Origin: a virus
Lineage: Duplodnaviria > Caudoviricetes
Virus record (IMG/VR): IMGVR_UViG_3300042507_004106
Length of the DNA: 64,000 nt
Strand: one strand, 5' to 3'
This document shows, in pieces, positions 15,087 to 23,074 of the stretch. Position 1 is the stretch's first letter. Each line of letters begins with the position of its first letter. Below the pieces are notes generated by a model. That model saw only the letters and a program-made list of their open reading frames with translations, was not told where the DNA came from and made no database searches. Both the position numbers and the translations under genes were made by a program.

Positions 15087-16682
15087 TCAGTCAAATCTTG
15101 ATGACATATTATCTTGCGCTCTTTGAGCAGCAGCACGACGCTTTGCTACTTTTTGAGCGGGAGATCTTGGTCCACCATATTCACCAGCTGCAGGTGGTTT
15201 TTTACCAGGAACTTTTTTACGCTGCCCTTCTGGTTTACCTTCCATTTTACGAATACCTTTTTTCACAATACGATATGCTTCATCAGGATTACCGCCACTT
15301 TTCCTTCCCTGTTCCCTTTCAAGACGGTTTAACTCATCAATTTGATCACCTTCTAGATCATAAGAACACTTAAGACCAATTGCTCTCAGTTTGTTTTTAG
15401 CAAGATTCATAGCAGTTGGAATTGAACGGGGATCCATTTCATCCTGTTCTTTCTTTGCTTTTTTATCTGCCTGAGCAACTGTTTCTTCTTTTACTGGTTT
15501 TGTTGGTTTTGTTTTTGCACTACCGAAAGTTTTTTGAAGTTTTTGTGGAAGTTCATCTACAAATTTATAAACCGAAGCTGGGACATTAGGAGCACTTCCA
15601 CCACCTTTTGGTTCTGCTGCTTCCTTATGAACTGGAAGTCCTTTGTGCTTGGTTTTTGCAAATTTCTTTGCTTCTTTTTTACTCATTCCTGCTGCTGCTT
15701 TTGCAACTTCAGGAGATGCTGGTTTTTCACCTTTCTTTGCAGCATAAACCATCCCCATAAACTTTTGTTGTGCCTGACTTACAGCCTTCTCAACAATGAA
15801 TGGACCTTCCATTTCGTGGTGAGCCATCATTGTTCCAACAGCTGCAGAATTTCTAGAAGCGCCAGGAATTGGTGGATTAATTACAACTTTATTTTTCCCA
15901 CTCATTGGTTTAATTTGCTTGTTATTAGCATCAGGATTTGATGCCTCACTATCCGCCTCACGAATAAACTCTTCCTTTTGAGTCTTTCTAGAAGCAATCG
16001 CAGCGCCGCGAGCCTTTCTACGATTCAAAAGATACTTATCAGACTTATCATGATCACCATCATTATCAATGTCCTTGTCTTCCTTACCAACTGGATCTAA
16101 ACCTTTACCTGCTTTTGCTCTTGCAGTTTGCTCACCTTTCTTTTTTTCACCCTCATAAGGTTCGCCATATCCAGTCATTTCAACAGATTCAATGTTTGGA
16201 TTTGCACGAAGATCATTAATTTTTTCACGAGTTGCATATCTTACATATGAGCGACCATCCTTTCCAGTAACCCTTACCTTATATTTTCTGTGCTCAGCAG
16301 TTTCTAACTTTTCCATGTAAGTTAGAACGATTGGTTCCTCTTCTTTCTGAACACCTTCCACAAATACTTTATAAAGTGCGTTAGCAACATTATCAGATGC
16401 AAACTCTCCGATATTAAAATCTTCTGCTTTCATTCCACCTTTACCAAATAACTTTTGCTTTACCAAAGTTTTTTCTTGCTGACTCATGCTGCTATTAGAC
16501 ATATATTGAGAATATGCCTGCTGAAGAGGTAATTCTTCTCTTCTAGCACGATAACGAATATCGTAAATCGCCTGCTTTACTCTTTTTTCTGGTGTCTTTC
16601 CACCTTTTTTGTCTTCTTTATCACCGGCAGCAGCTTGTGGGAACTTTCTTGCGGGAAGTTCTTCAGCAATATGTTTTTTCAT
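15087..16682 (-). CDS. Late, highly charged modular protein (candidate head-packaged polyprotein)
   Basis: Late-type CATAAATA at 16722-16715; Lys/Arg-rich modules separated by HIAE, FIRE, FIVE, PVKE and QIDE junctions. Confidence 0.8.
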   Translation of the reverse strand: MKKHIAEELPARKFPQAAAGDKEDKKGGKTPEKRVKQAIYDIRYRARREELPLQQAYSQYMSNSSMSQQEKTLVKQKLFGKGGMKAEDFNIGEFASDNVANALYKVFVEGVQKEEEPIVLTYMEKLETAEHRKYKVRVTGKDGRSYVRYATREKINDLRANPNIESVEMTGYGEPYEGEKKKGEQTARAKAGKGLDPVGKEDKDIDNDGDHDKSDKYLLNRRKARGAAIASRKTQKEEFIREADSEASNPDANNKQIKPMSGKNKVVINPPIPGASRNSAAVGTMMAHHEMEGPFIVEKAVSQAQQKFMGMVYAAKKGEKPASPEVAKAAAGMSKKEAKKFAKTKHKGLPVHKEAAEPKGGGSAPNVPASVYKFVDELPQKLQKTFGSAKTKPTKPVKEETVAQADKKAKKEQDEMDPRSIPTAMNLAKNKLRAIGLKCSYDLEGDQIDELNRLEREQGRKSGGNPDEAYRIVKKGIRKMEGKPEGQRKKVPGKKPPAAGEYGGPRSPAQKVAKRRAAAQRAQDNMSSRFD

Positions 16683-16691
16683 GAGTAAACT

Positions 16692-18008
16692 TTACTTCTT
16701 ACTTTTTCTATACTTATTTATGAAATCTCTTATATTATACCCGCGATATGCCTTTCCACCCGACTGAAGATTCTCTTCTCCAGTTCCAACAGCGCCTGGA
16801 GTCATATCAGAAGCGTATTTAAAATACCCAGAAGTTCCAACAAGAGTGTTTGGTTTACCAGGAAGTCTCATTTTTTTATCCATTCTAACTTCAGTATATT
16901 CGCTCAAATCTTTAATCCAAGACTTAAACATCTGACCAGATTCGGTTACACAAATTAGATAGTTAGTTCCTCTACGAATAATTCTACCGATTAAACCAGT
17001 ATTCAAATTCTCAACTTTCTCACCAAGTTTAAAAATAGATTCAGTAATATAATTTTCGCGGAGAGATTGGAAATCAAGCTTAGGGGCAATTTGCCAAATA
17101 TCCCAACCTTCTTTGATGCTCATTGCACCACGAAGAATATTAAAAAGTTCTTTTGCTTCTGCTGGTTTTACTTCTGGAGGAAGACCTGAACGGAAGGTTT
17201 TGAAATCATTCTCTGCTGCAGCAAGTCTCATTCTTGAAGCAGACATTCCTTCTACACCCTTTGCATCAGGGTCTCTATCGCCAGCAGAAACTACTTCAAT
17301 ATTATCAAAGTTATAAAGTTGACCATTATACTGATTGGAAAGTTTCTCAAATTCTTTTACTCTATCAGCACCACCGATAATTCTTACACCAGCATATCCA
17401 TTATTATGAGCCATTTTCAAGACATCAAAGATTGTCTTGGTATTTGCATCATTTACAATATTACCAGCATGTTGTGGATAAAATTTCTGCATATAACCAA
17501 TCTTAGTATCAGGATCCAATGGATTCTTTTTCTTGTCCTGACTCCTTGATGGAAAAATTAAATACTCACCATCTTTATCTTGAGATGCAGATTGTGCAGC
17601 AACGTCCATCAGTTGCTGGTGCCCAATTGTAGGTGGATTGAATCTACCAAAGGCAATAGTCAAAGTTCCTTTGGTTTTAGGAACAGGAAGATACTGTGCT
17701 GGTGGTTGCTCTTGTGCTGCTACCTGTGCTTCGGGAGCGGGTGCCTGTTGCTGTGGTTCCTGCTGTTGAGTAAGTGCAGGATCATTGTATCCAGGAGATG
17801 CAATTGTTTTTTCCTTTTCAGTCTGTGCCGGATCTTTACCGCCGACTTTTTGACGCTTATTATAGAATTTTAATTTTCCACCTTCAGTTTTTGCTACAAA
17901 TTCCCCTTGGCGGTCATACCATCCACCATGCCCATCACCGACAAGACCAAGACGCTGCGCCTGTTGAGATGCAGTTGCTTCTGATATGAATTGGAAAAAA
18001 TTTTTCAT
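16692..18008 (-). CDS. HIGH-superfamily nucleotidyltransferase (cytidylyltransferase/NMNAT-like) with CTS-like N-terminus
   Basis: FGRFNPPTIGH, IIGGADR, SAGDRDPD, GMSASRMR; N-terminus MKNFFQFISEA. Confidence 0.85.
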   Translation of the reverse strand: MKNFFQFISEATASQQAQRLGLVGDGHGGWYDRQGEFVAKTEGGKLKFYNKRQKVGGKDPAQTEKEKTIASPGYNDPALTQQQEPQQQAPAPEAQVAAQEQPPAQYLPVPKTKGTLTIAFGRFNPPTIGHQQLMDVAAQSASQDKDGEYLIFPSRSQDKKKNPLDPDTKIGYMQKFYPQHAGNIVNDANTKTIFDVLKMAHNNGYAGVRIIGGADRVKEFEKLSNQYNGQLYNFDNIEVVSAGDRDPDAKGVEGMSASRMRLAAAENDFKTFRSGLPPEVKPAEAKELFNILRGAMSIKEGWDIWQIAPKLDFQSLRENYITESIFKLGEKVENLNTGLIGRIIRRGTNYLICVTESGQMFKSWIKDLSEYTEVRMDKKMRLPGKPNTLVGTSGYFKYASDMTPGAVGTGEENLQSGGKAYRGYNIRDFINKYRKSKK

Positions 18009-18055
18009 TATCTACTTAAGATATGTATCCAGTTGCGCTTAATATAATGTATTTA

Positions 18056-19189
18056 TTATATTAAGAACATTCCAGGTTGCGCTTCTAGGTAATTCCTAGG
18101 ATAAAATCTATACATTTTCATTCCACCAGAAGTTCCACTAGCAACTTCCATTTTATATCTAATTTGAATTATCAAATTAGTATTCCCACTTAATTTAGTT
18201 CCATCTGGTTTTGATAGATAAATTTCAATCTTGGGATCACCAGATGCATTAATTCTTGCATTGAATCTACTATTTGCCAGTATTTCTCTAAACTCTCTAT
18301 TAGCAACTCTGGTTTTAACTTTACCATCTCCAGCAAATTTAACAAGTTCAGTATTAACATTTCTTGATAGACCGTAGATAATATAATCGGCAAATTTGGA
18401 TTTTACATCAGTTTTTTCTTCAGTATCTAATCCTTCATTTAATTTTTGAGTAGCATAAGTGTAAACTAACCTAGCAGCTTTTTTTAAATATTCGCCACCA
18501 CCGGTGCTTTTTGCATTATCTCTAGAAGTATATTTTTTAGTAAAAACTTCTTTATCAAAAAATTCATCTATAAAATCTTGATATTTTTCTGCTATTGGTG
18601 AAACATCTAGACCCATCTCACCAAATATATTCAAAAATTTATCAAAACCTTGCCCAGAAACTTGGTGAAATTGCTCACCCCCCTCAACCTTTAGAGAGTA
18701 ATCAATATTTCTAAATCTTTTATCTGGGTTTGTTGGAGAATTAACCTCCACCTTAACATCCGCTTTTGTTCCTTTTTGATCTTCAGTTCCGGCAGCAGTT
18801 ACTCTAATAAAGTCTTCACGCGCATTAATAGAAAGACCTCTTGCTTGTGCGTTAAGTCTACTATGAGAATTTACAAAAGATACTGCACCATTTCTTAAAT
18901 CAGAAACTTTTGTCCAATTTGCTTTCGTTGCTAAAAAATCTTGTGCTTTTTTTGGAACAGAAACTGATACAGATACCGTATCAATTACAGCACTACCAAC
19001 ATCATTAACTTGTTTTACATATCCCTTCTTCATCATTTCAGTTAGAATAGCATCAACATCGGATACATTAACTGTTGGTAAAGTTCTTGAAGTTTTTGTT
19101 TTTGCTCTTTTTACAAATCTAGCAGCAACAGCTGCAGCAAAAAATACTTCAAATAAATCACCTCTATTTGCTGATATTTTTTCTGCCAT
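18056..19189 (-). CDS. Putative PD-(D/E)xK restriction-like endonuclease
   Basis: GDLFEVFFAAA helix, GTKADVKVEV, DYSLK; start MAEKIS at 19189 after TCTAAATA (19205-19198). The track start overlaps tRNA-Leu. Confidence 0.6.
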   Translation of the reverse strand: MAEKISANRGDLFEVFFAAAVAARFVKRAKTKTSRTLPTVNVSDVDAILTEMMKKGYVKQVNDVGSAVIDTVSVSVSVPKKAQDFLATKANWTKVSDLRNGAVSFVNSHSRLNAQARGLSINAREDFIRVTAAGTEDQKGTKADVKVEVNSPTNPDKRFRNIDYSLKVEGGEQFHQVSGQGFDKFLNIFGEMGLDVSPIAEKYQDFIDEFFDKEVFTKKYTSRDNAKSTGGGEYLKKAARLVYTYATQKLNEGLDTEEKTDVKSKFADYIIYGLSRNVNTELVKFAGDGKVKTRVANREFREILANSRFNARINASGDPKIEIYLSKPDGTKLSGNTNLIIQIRYKMEVASGTSGGMKMYRFYPRNYLEAQPGMFLI

Positions 19190-19207
19190 TTTATTTTTAT
19201 TTAGAAG

Positions 19208-19289
19208 TGCCCAAAAGAGGACTTGAACCTCCACTCCTTACGGAACAAGTGCCTAAAACTTGCGTGGCTACCAATTACACCATTTGGGC
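19208..19289 (-). tRNA. tRNA-Leu(TAG)
   Basis: GCCCAAA/TTTGGGC acceptor stem, anticodon arm CAAGT-TTTAGGC-ACTTG, long variable arm, T-loop GTTCAAGTC. Confidence 0.95.
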
Positions 19290-19292
19290 AAG

Positions 19293-19365
19293 TGGAGAAT
19301 AGCGGATTCGAACCGCTGACCTTCTGCGTGCAAAGCAGACGCTCTACCAACTAAGCTAATTCCCC
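19293..19365 (-). tRNA. tRNA-Ala(TGC)
   Basis: GGGGAAT/ATTCTCC acceptor stem with the G3:U70 alanine identity pair, anticodon loop TTTGCAC. Confidence 0.95.
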
Positions 19366-19375
19366 AAGTAAGACC

Positions 19376-19404
19376 ATTATATCACCTAACAGGCATGAGG
19401 TCAA
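19376..19404 (-). promoter_or_regulatory. sigma70-type promoter TTGACC-N17-TATAAT for tRNA-Ala/Leu
   Basis: -35 at 19404-19399, -10 at 19381-19376. Confidence 0.85.
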
Positions 19405-19789
19405 ATAGTTCTGGATAAAGTTGTCCATATTTTCTCATCAGTTCTCCTGCTTTTGCATTTGCCTGATTTTCTATTGGACTGCCGGCATGAGAACTCTTGC
19501 GGTCTAGACCTTTTTCCATATGTTGTTTGTAATGGATAAATTCATGGGCAAGAGTTCTCAGTATATCCATAGGATGACGATTGATGATACTCAAATGAAT
19601 TACATTTTCTTTTGAAATTTCACCAAATGCAGCGATGTGTTTAGCAAAATCTGCATCATCCACAAGAATGATTGGAATATCATAAGTAAGACGAAGTTCT
19701 CTTTTTAAGAAAGATTTAAACCTCTTAAGAATCAAATCTAATTGAATTCTTGTAGTCGGTCTTCCTTTATTTTTTCCAATCAAAGACAT
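19382..19789 (-). CDS. HExxH zinc metallopeptidase-like protein
   Basis: RTLAHEFIHYKQ and downstream IENQANA; late-type AATAAATA at 19807-19800. Confidence 0.65.
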   Translation of the reverse strand: MSLIGKNKGRPTTRIQLDLILKRFKSFLKRELRLTYDIPIILVDDADFAKHIAAFGEISKENVIHLSIINRHPMDILRTLAHEFIHYKQHMEKGLDRKSSHAGSPIENQANAKAGELMRKYGQLYPELFDLMPVR

Positions 19790-19805
19790 TTTTTAAAATT
19801 ATTTA

Positions 19806-19991
19806 TTATTCACCAATAGAAGTACTAATCTTTCCGTCAATATCTTGAATTACTTCACGAATATCAGTAATTCTAGTAGGAACACATACATCATCATATG
19901 TATATCCTTTTTGAGAATCAAAAAGGATTTGGCGTACTGCTGCTGCAGTGCGGATATCCATTTTTAGAGTTATTTGTTTTTCTTTAGTCAT
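19806..19991 (-). CDS. Small hypothetical protein
   Basis: 61-aa ORF ATGA-coupled to mazG. Confidence 0.75.
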   Translation of the reverse strand: MTKEKQITLKMDIRTAAAVRQILFDSQKGYTYDDVCVPTRITDIREVIQDIDGKISTSIGE

Positions 19992-20401
19992 CGGTCATCA
20001 GCAGCACGGTTTTCGGAGAAGTAAACATCGAAAGCACCTTCGGGATAACGCTTGAGAAGTTTCTGCACATTTTTAGCAACCACATCATCAAGAGTTACAT
20101 CAAGTGCAATACATGCCTGAGCAACATACCACATAATATCACCAAGTTCAATAATCAGGTGCTCACGATTGTCTTCATTATAGGGTTTTCCTTGGAAAAT
20201 CATTTTTTTAACGATCTCCATAAACTCACCACCTTCGGCATTAATACCAACAGAGGCAGTCAAGAGTCGCTCAATATTAGCACCTTTCTCATCCAGTGCA
20301 ACAAGACGATCTGAAAGAGCGAGGAAGTCCTTGGATGCATCAGAAGTTACGGCATCCACAAACTCAGCATACTTATCAAAATTAACGTGTTTTTGTTCCA
20401 T
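19988..20401 (-). CDS. mazG: MazG-like nucleoside triphosphate pyrophosphohydrolase
   Basis: GINAEGGEFMEIVKK, ELGDIMWYVAQ, NVQKLLKRYP. Confidence 0.92.
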   Translation of the reverse strand: MEQKHVNFDKYAEFVDAVTSDASKDFLALSDRLVALDEKGANIERLLTASVGINAEGGEFMEIVKKMIFQGKPYNEDNREHLIIELGDIMWYVAQACIALDVTLDDVVAKNVQKLLKRYPEGAFDVYFSENRAADDR

Positions 20402-21780
20402 TAAAATTTAAATCCTTCGAATGACTTTTTGGGTTTTTTGTCTTCATTATCATTATACTCGTCTTCCTGTCCAGAGTCAAGTATGTCCTTCTGAGCAGTC
20501 TGCTCACAATCATAAAGACGCATTTTTGCACGATCAATTCCAACAATAAATCTCTTGTAGATTGTTGGATCATTATAACGATTCTTAAGTTGTTTCACCA
20601 TAATCTGCCCAAGTTGCTCCAATTCTTCAGTGCTAATCAGAGCAAACATCAGGTCAGCAGTAGCAGGCAAACCAAATGATTCCGAAGTATCAGTCAATTC
20701 GACATCAGAAGATCCAAAACCACTACGGGTAGTCTGAGTTGCACTCACAATCGGAACATTAAATTCTACAGCAAGACCACGAAGTTCTTCAGCAATTGCC
20801 TTAATATAAGAATATGAATTCACAGAAAGGTTTGATTTATATCGACTTGAAGCACAGATATTCAGATAGTCAATAAAAATAATATCAGGTTTAAATGATT
20901 TCTTCAGAGACAATTCATTCAAAAGTGCCTTGAAGTGACCAGCGTGAGCAGAAGCAGTTGGATATTCTTTGATGACCAAAGAACCTTGTGTCTTTTTTGC
21001 AATACCATTTACCTTGTTCTCAAATGTTGAACGCGGAAGATCAACCAGTTGCTGAATCGGAACATTGAGGAGGTTTGCATCAATTCTTTCAGCAATTCGT
21101 TCCTCCGCCATTTCAAGAGTGATATAGAGAACGGACCTGCCTTGCAGTAAGACGGAACTAGCCACATGGCACATGAATAACGATTTACCAACACCGGTTC
21201 CAGCGAGAGCAATATTGAGAGTCTTATTAGGGAGACCACCTTTTGTGATTTTGTTGAAATATTCCAGATCAAACTCGATCTTATCCTCTTTACGATGATA
21301 AAACTCATAACGCTCCTCATAATTACCCAAATAATCGTGACCGATATTATTATCGAAACTTACGGCAAGAGCATCTGAAAGAATGCTTGGAATTGCATCA
21401 CGATTTTTCTTTTCATTATTACCATCTGCAATATGAATTGATTCCATAAGTGCAAGATAAATTGCACGATCACGACACCATTTTTCAGTGGTATCAAGCA
21501 ACCACTGCTTATCAACTGGAGAATCGTTAAGGGAATTAATTACTTCTCTTGTTTCTTTGATCTCAGTTTCATTAAGACCAGTTCTATTCTCTATTTCAAT
21601 GGAGAGTGCTTCAACTGTAATTGCTGAACCATATTTGACAATGAATTGAACAGTTTCCTCAAAAATAATCTTTTCCGATTTCTGCTCAAAATAATCTGGT
21701 TGTATGAAAGGTATGACCTTGCGCGAGTAGTCTTCATTGAATATTAAGTTTCTTAAAATAGTTGTTTCAATTCGTTCCAT
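20401..21780 (-). CDS. gp41: Replicative DNA helicase
   Basis: Walker A AGTGVGKS, YITLEMAE, IFIDYLNI, SESFGLPATAD, KNRY; start MERIET chosen. Confidence 0.97.
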   Translation of the reverse strand: MERIETTILRNLIFNEDYSRKVIPFIQPDYFEQKSEKIIFEETVQFIVKYGSAITVEALSIEIENRTGLNETEIKETREVINSLNDSPVDKQWLLDTTEKWCRDRAIYLALMESIHIADGNNEKKNRDAIPSILSDALAVSFDNNIGHDYLGNYEERYEFYHRKEDKIEFDLEYFNKITKGGLPNKTLNIALAGTGVGKSLFMCHVASSVLLQGRSVLYITLEMAEERIAERIDANLLNVPIQQLVDLPRSTFENKVNGIAKKTQGSLVIKEYPTASAHAGHFKALLNELSLKKSFKPDIIFIDYLNICASSRYKSNLSVNSYSYIKAIAEELRGLAVEFNVPIVSATQTTRSGFGSSDVELTDTSESFGLPATADLMFALISTEELEQLGQIMVKQLKNRYNDPTIYKRFIVGIDRAKMRLYDCEQTAQKDILDSGQEDEYNDNEDKKPKKSFEGFKF

Positions 21781-22774
21781 AAGAGAATTGTTGTTTCGCG
21801 GCAGCATCAAGTTGCTGCATTACTTCTTCGGTAAAATATTGTTCTGGATTTTTCAGTATTTCCTTCCCATATATTTTCTTACCGTTAATTTCATATCTAC
21901 CAGCAACATTTTTCCACATTCCCGCTTCTTCACCAAGTTCAAGTAGTCCATAATAGCGATCAAGACCGCGTTCATCATAGAACAGACGAACTTCAACATC
22001 TTGATTTTCTTTACTCAAACGTGATTTAGCAGTCTTTGCCTTGATAATGTTTCCAACGATTTCTGTTCCATCCTTTTCTTTCTTTTTGCTGAGATAAATG
22101 ATAGTAGAAGCGGCGTACTTAAGACCACTACCACCTCCCATCTCCTTAGTGGGAACATAAGCGCCGATAACATCATAAGTGTGGTTGGTAACGATCATTG
22201 GAATGTTTGCTTGACCCAACTTAAGGGTAAGCATACGAAAGGCACCTTTCACAAGTTGAGATTTAGTCATATCACGAACTTGCTTGTCATTGAGGGCATC
22301 CGTGATCTCCTTTTCAGTTGAAAGCATACCTAAAGAGTCTAGCACAAACATACAAGGTTTGCGTTCCTCCATAGGTTTTTTCATATAAAGGTCCACCGCT
22401 TTGAGTGCTTTTCCACGAAACTCCTCTACAGTAACAACATTGACCACTACCAAACGGGAAGTATCAATTCCACGAGATTCTACAAGAGATTTAGTGATAG
22501 CAGCCTCAGTGTCAAAGTAGAGACAGTAACCATCGGGATTATTATTAAGAAAGTTCTTAACCACGGCGAGAGAGAAAAAAGTCTTTCCAGTAGAAGACTC
22601 TCCAGCAATAGCAGTAATCTTATTCCCAGATACACCGCCAAATATGCTACCTGAAACCAGTGCATTAAAAATATATGAACCCGTATCAACATAAGTTTCC
22701 GTCTCGTCAATGTCTGATGCTAGTTTTGTATACTCCCCACCTACTTCTTTTACGATTTCTTTAAGAAAGTCCAT
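21767..22774 (-). CDS. uvsX: RecA-like recombinase
   Basis: AGESSTGKT, YFDTEAA, VLDSLGML, MGGGSGLKYAAS. Confidence 0.97.
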   Translation of the reverse strand: MDFLKEIVKEVGGEYTKLASDIDETETYVDTGSYIFNALVSGSIFGGVSGNKITAIAGESSTGKTFFSLAVVKNFLNNNPDGYCLYFDTEAAITKSLVESRGIDTSRLVVVNVVTVEEFRGKALKAVDLYMKKPMEERKPCMFVLDSLGMLSTEKEITDALNDKQVRDMTKSQLVKGAFRMLTLKLGQANIPMIVTNHTYDVIGAYVPTKEMGGGSGLKYAASTIIYLSKKKEKDGTEIVGNIIKAKTAKSRLSKENQDVEVRLFYDERGLDRYYGLLELGEEAGMWKNVAGRYEINGKKIYGKEILKNPEQYFTEEVMQQLDAAAKQQFSYGTN

Positions 22775-22910
22775 TGTTCTTCTCCTTGTTCCTAATAATG
22801 TAATTCATTTTGTATGACCATAGTTTAGCATAAAGGGAAGGTTGTGTCCCCTTTAACATATTAATTATTATTTCGAGTTCTTTCTCGGTTATAGGCAATT
22901 CCATCGCCAT
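22761..22910 (-). CDS. 49-aa hypothetical protein (not in ORF track)
   Basis: MAMELPITEKELEIIINMLKGTQPSLYAKLWSYKMNYIIRNKEKNNGLS*; TAATG-coupled to the upstream ORF. Confidence 0.75.
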   Translation of the reverse strand: MAMELPITEKELEIIINMLKGTQPSLYAKLWSYKMNYIIRNKEKNNGLS

Positions 22911-23074
22911 TAAATCACTATCCCATACTCTTCACGTAATACTTCTTTATAGGGTAAATCTTGGTCCCTAAGTTCTTTAACTAATTTAAGCTTATGATAC
23001 AGAGCAGCATCTCCACCAAATCCAAGTGCCTTTACAATTGTATTGAGTTCTTTATCATTAATAGGTAGATCCAT
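22910..23074 (-). CDS. 54-aa hypothetical protein (not in ORF track)
   Basis: MDLPINDKELNTIVKALGFGGDAALYHKLKLVKELRDQDLPYKEVLREEYGIVI*; TAATG-coupled to gp43. Confidence 0.8.
   Translation of the reverse strand: MDLPINDKELNTIVKALGFGGDAALYHKLKLVKELRDQDLPYKEVLREEYGIVI

Noticed and set aside
16692-18008. Nucleotidyltransferase as a CCA-adding enzyme for the nearby CCA-less tRNAs
   Set aside because: CCA enzymes belong to the Pol-beta superfamily; this protein has HIGH/KMSKS-type motifs.
19190-19234. Track start of the 392-aa ORF (and similar upstream extensions of gp41, gp62, the vWA gene, gp13 and 44043-44612)
   Set aside because: The extensions overlap tRNA-Leu, promoters or terminators; downstream ATGs fit the promoter position and homolog-like N-termini.
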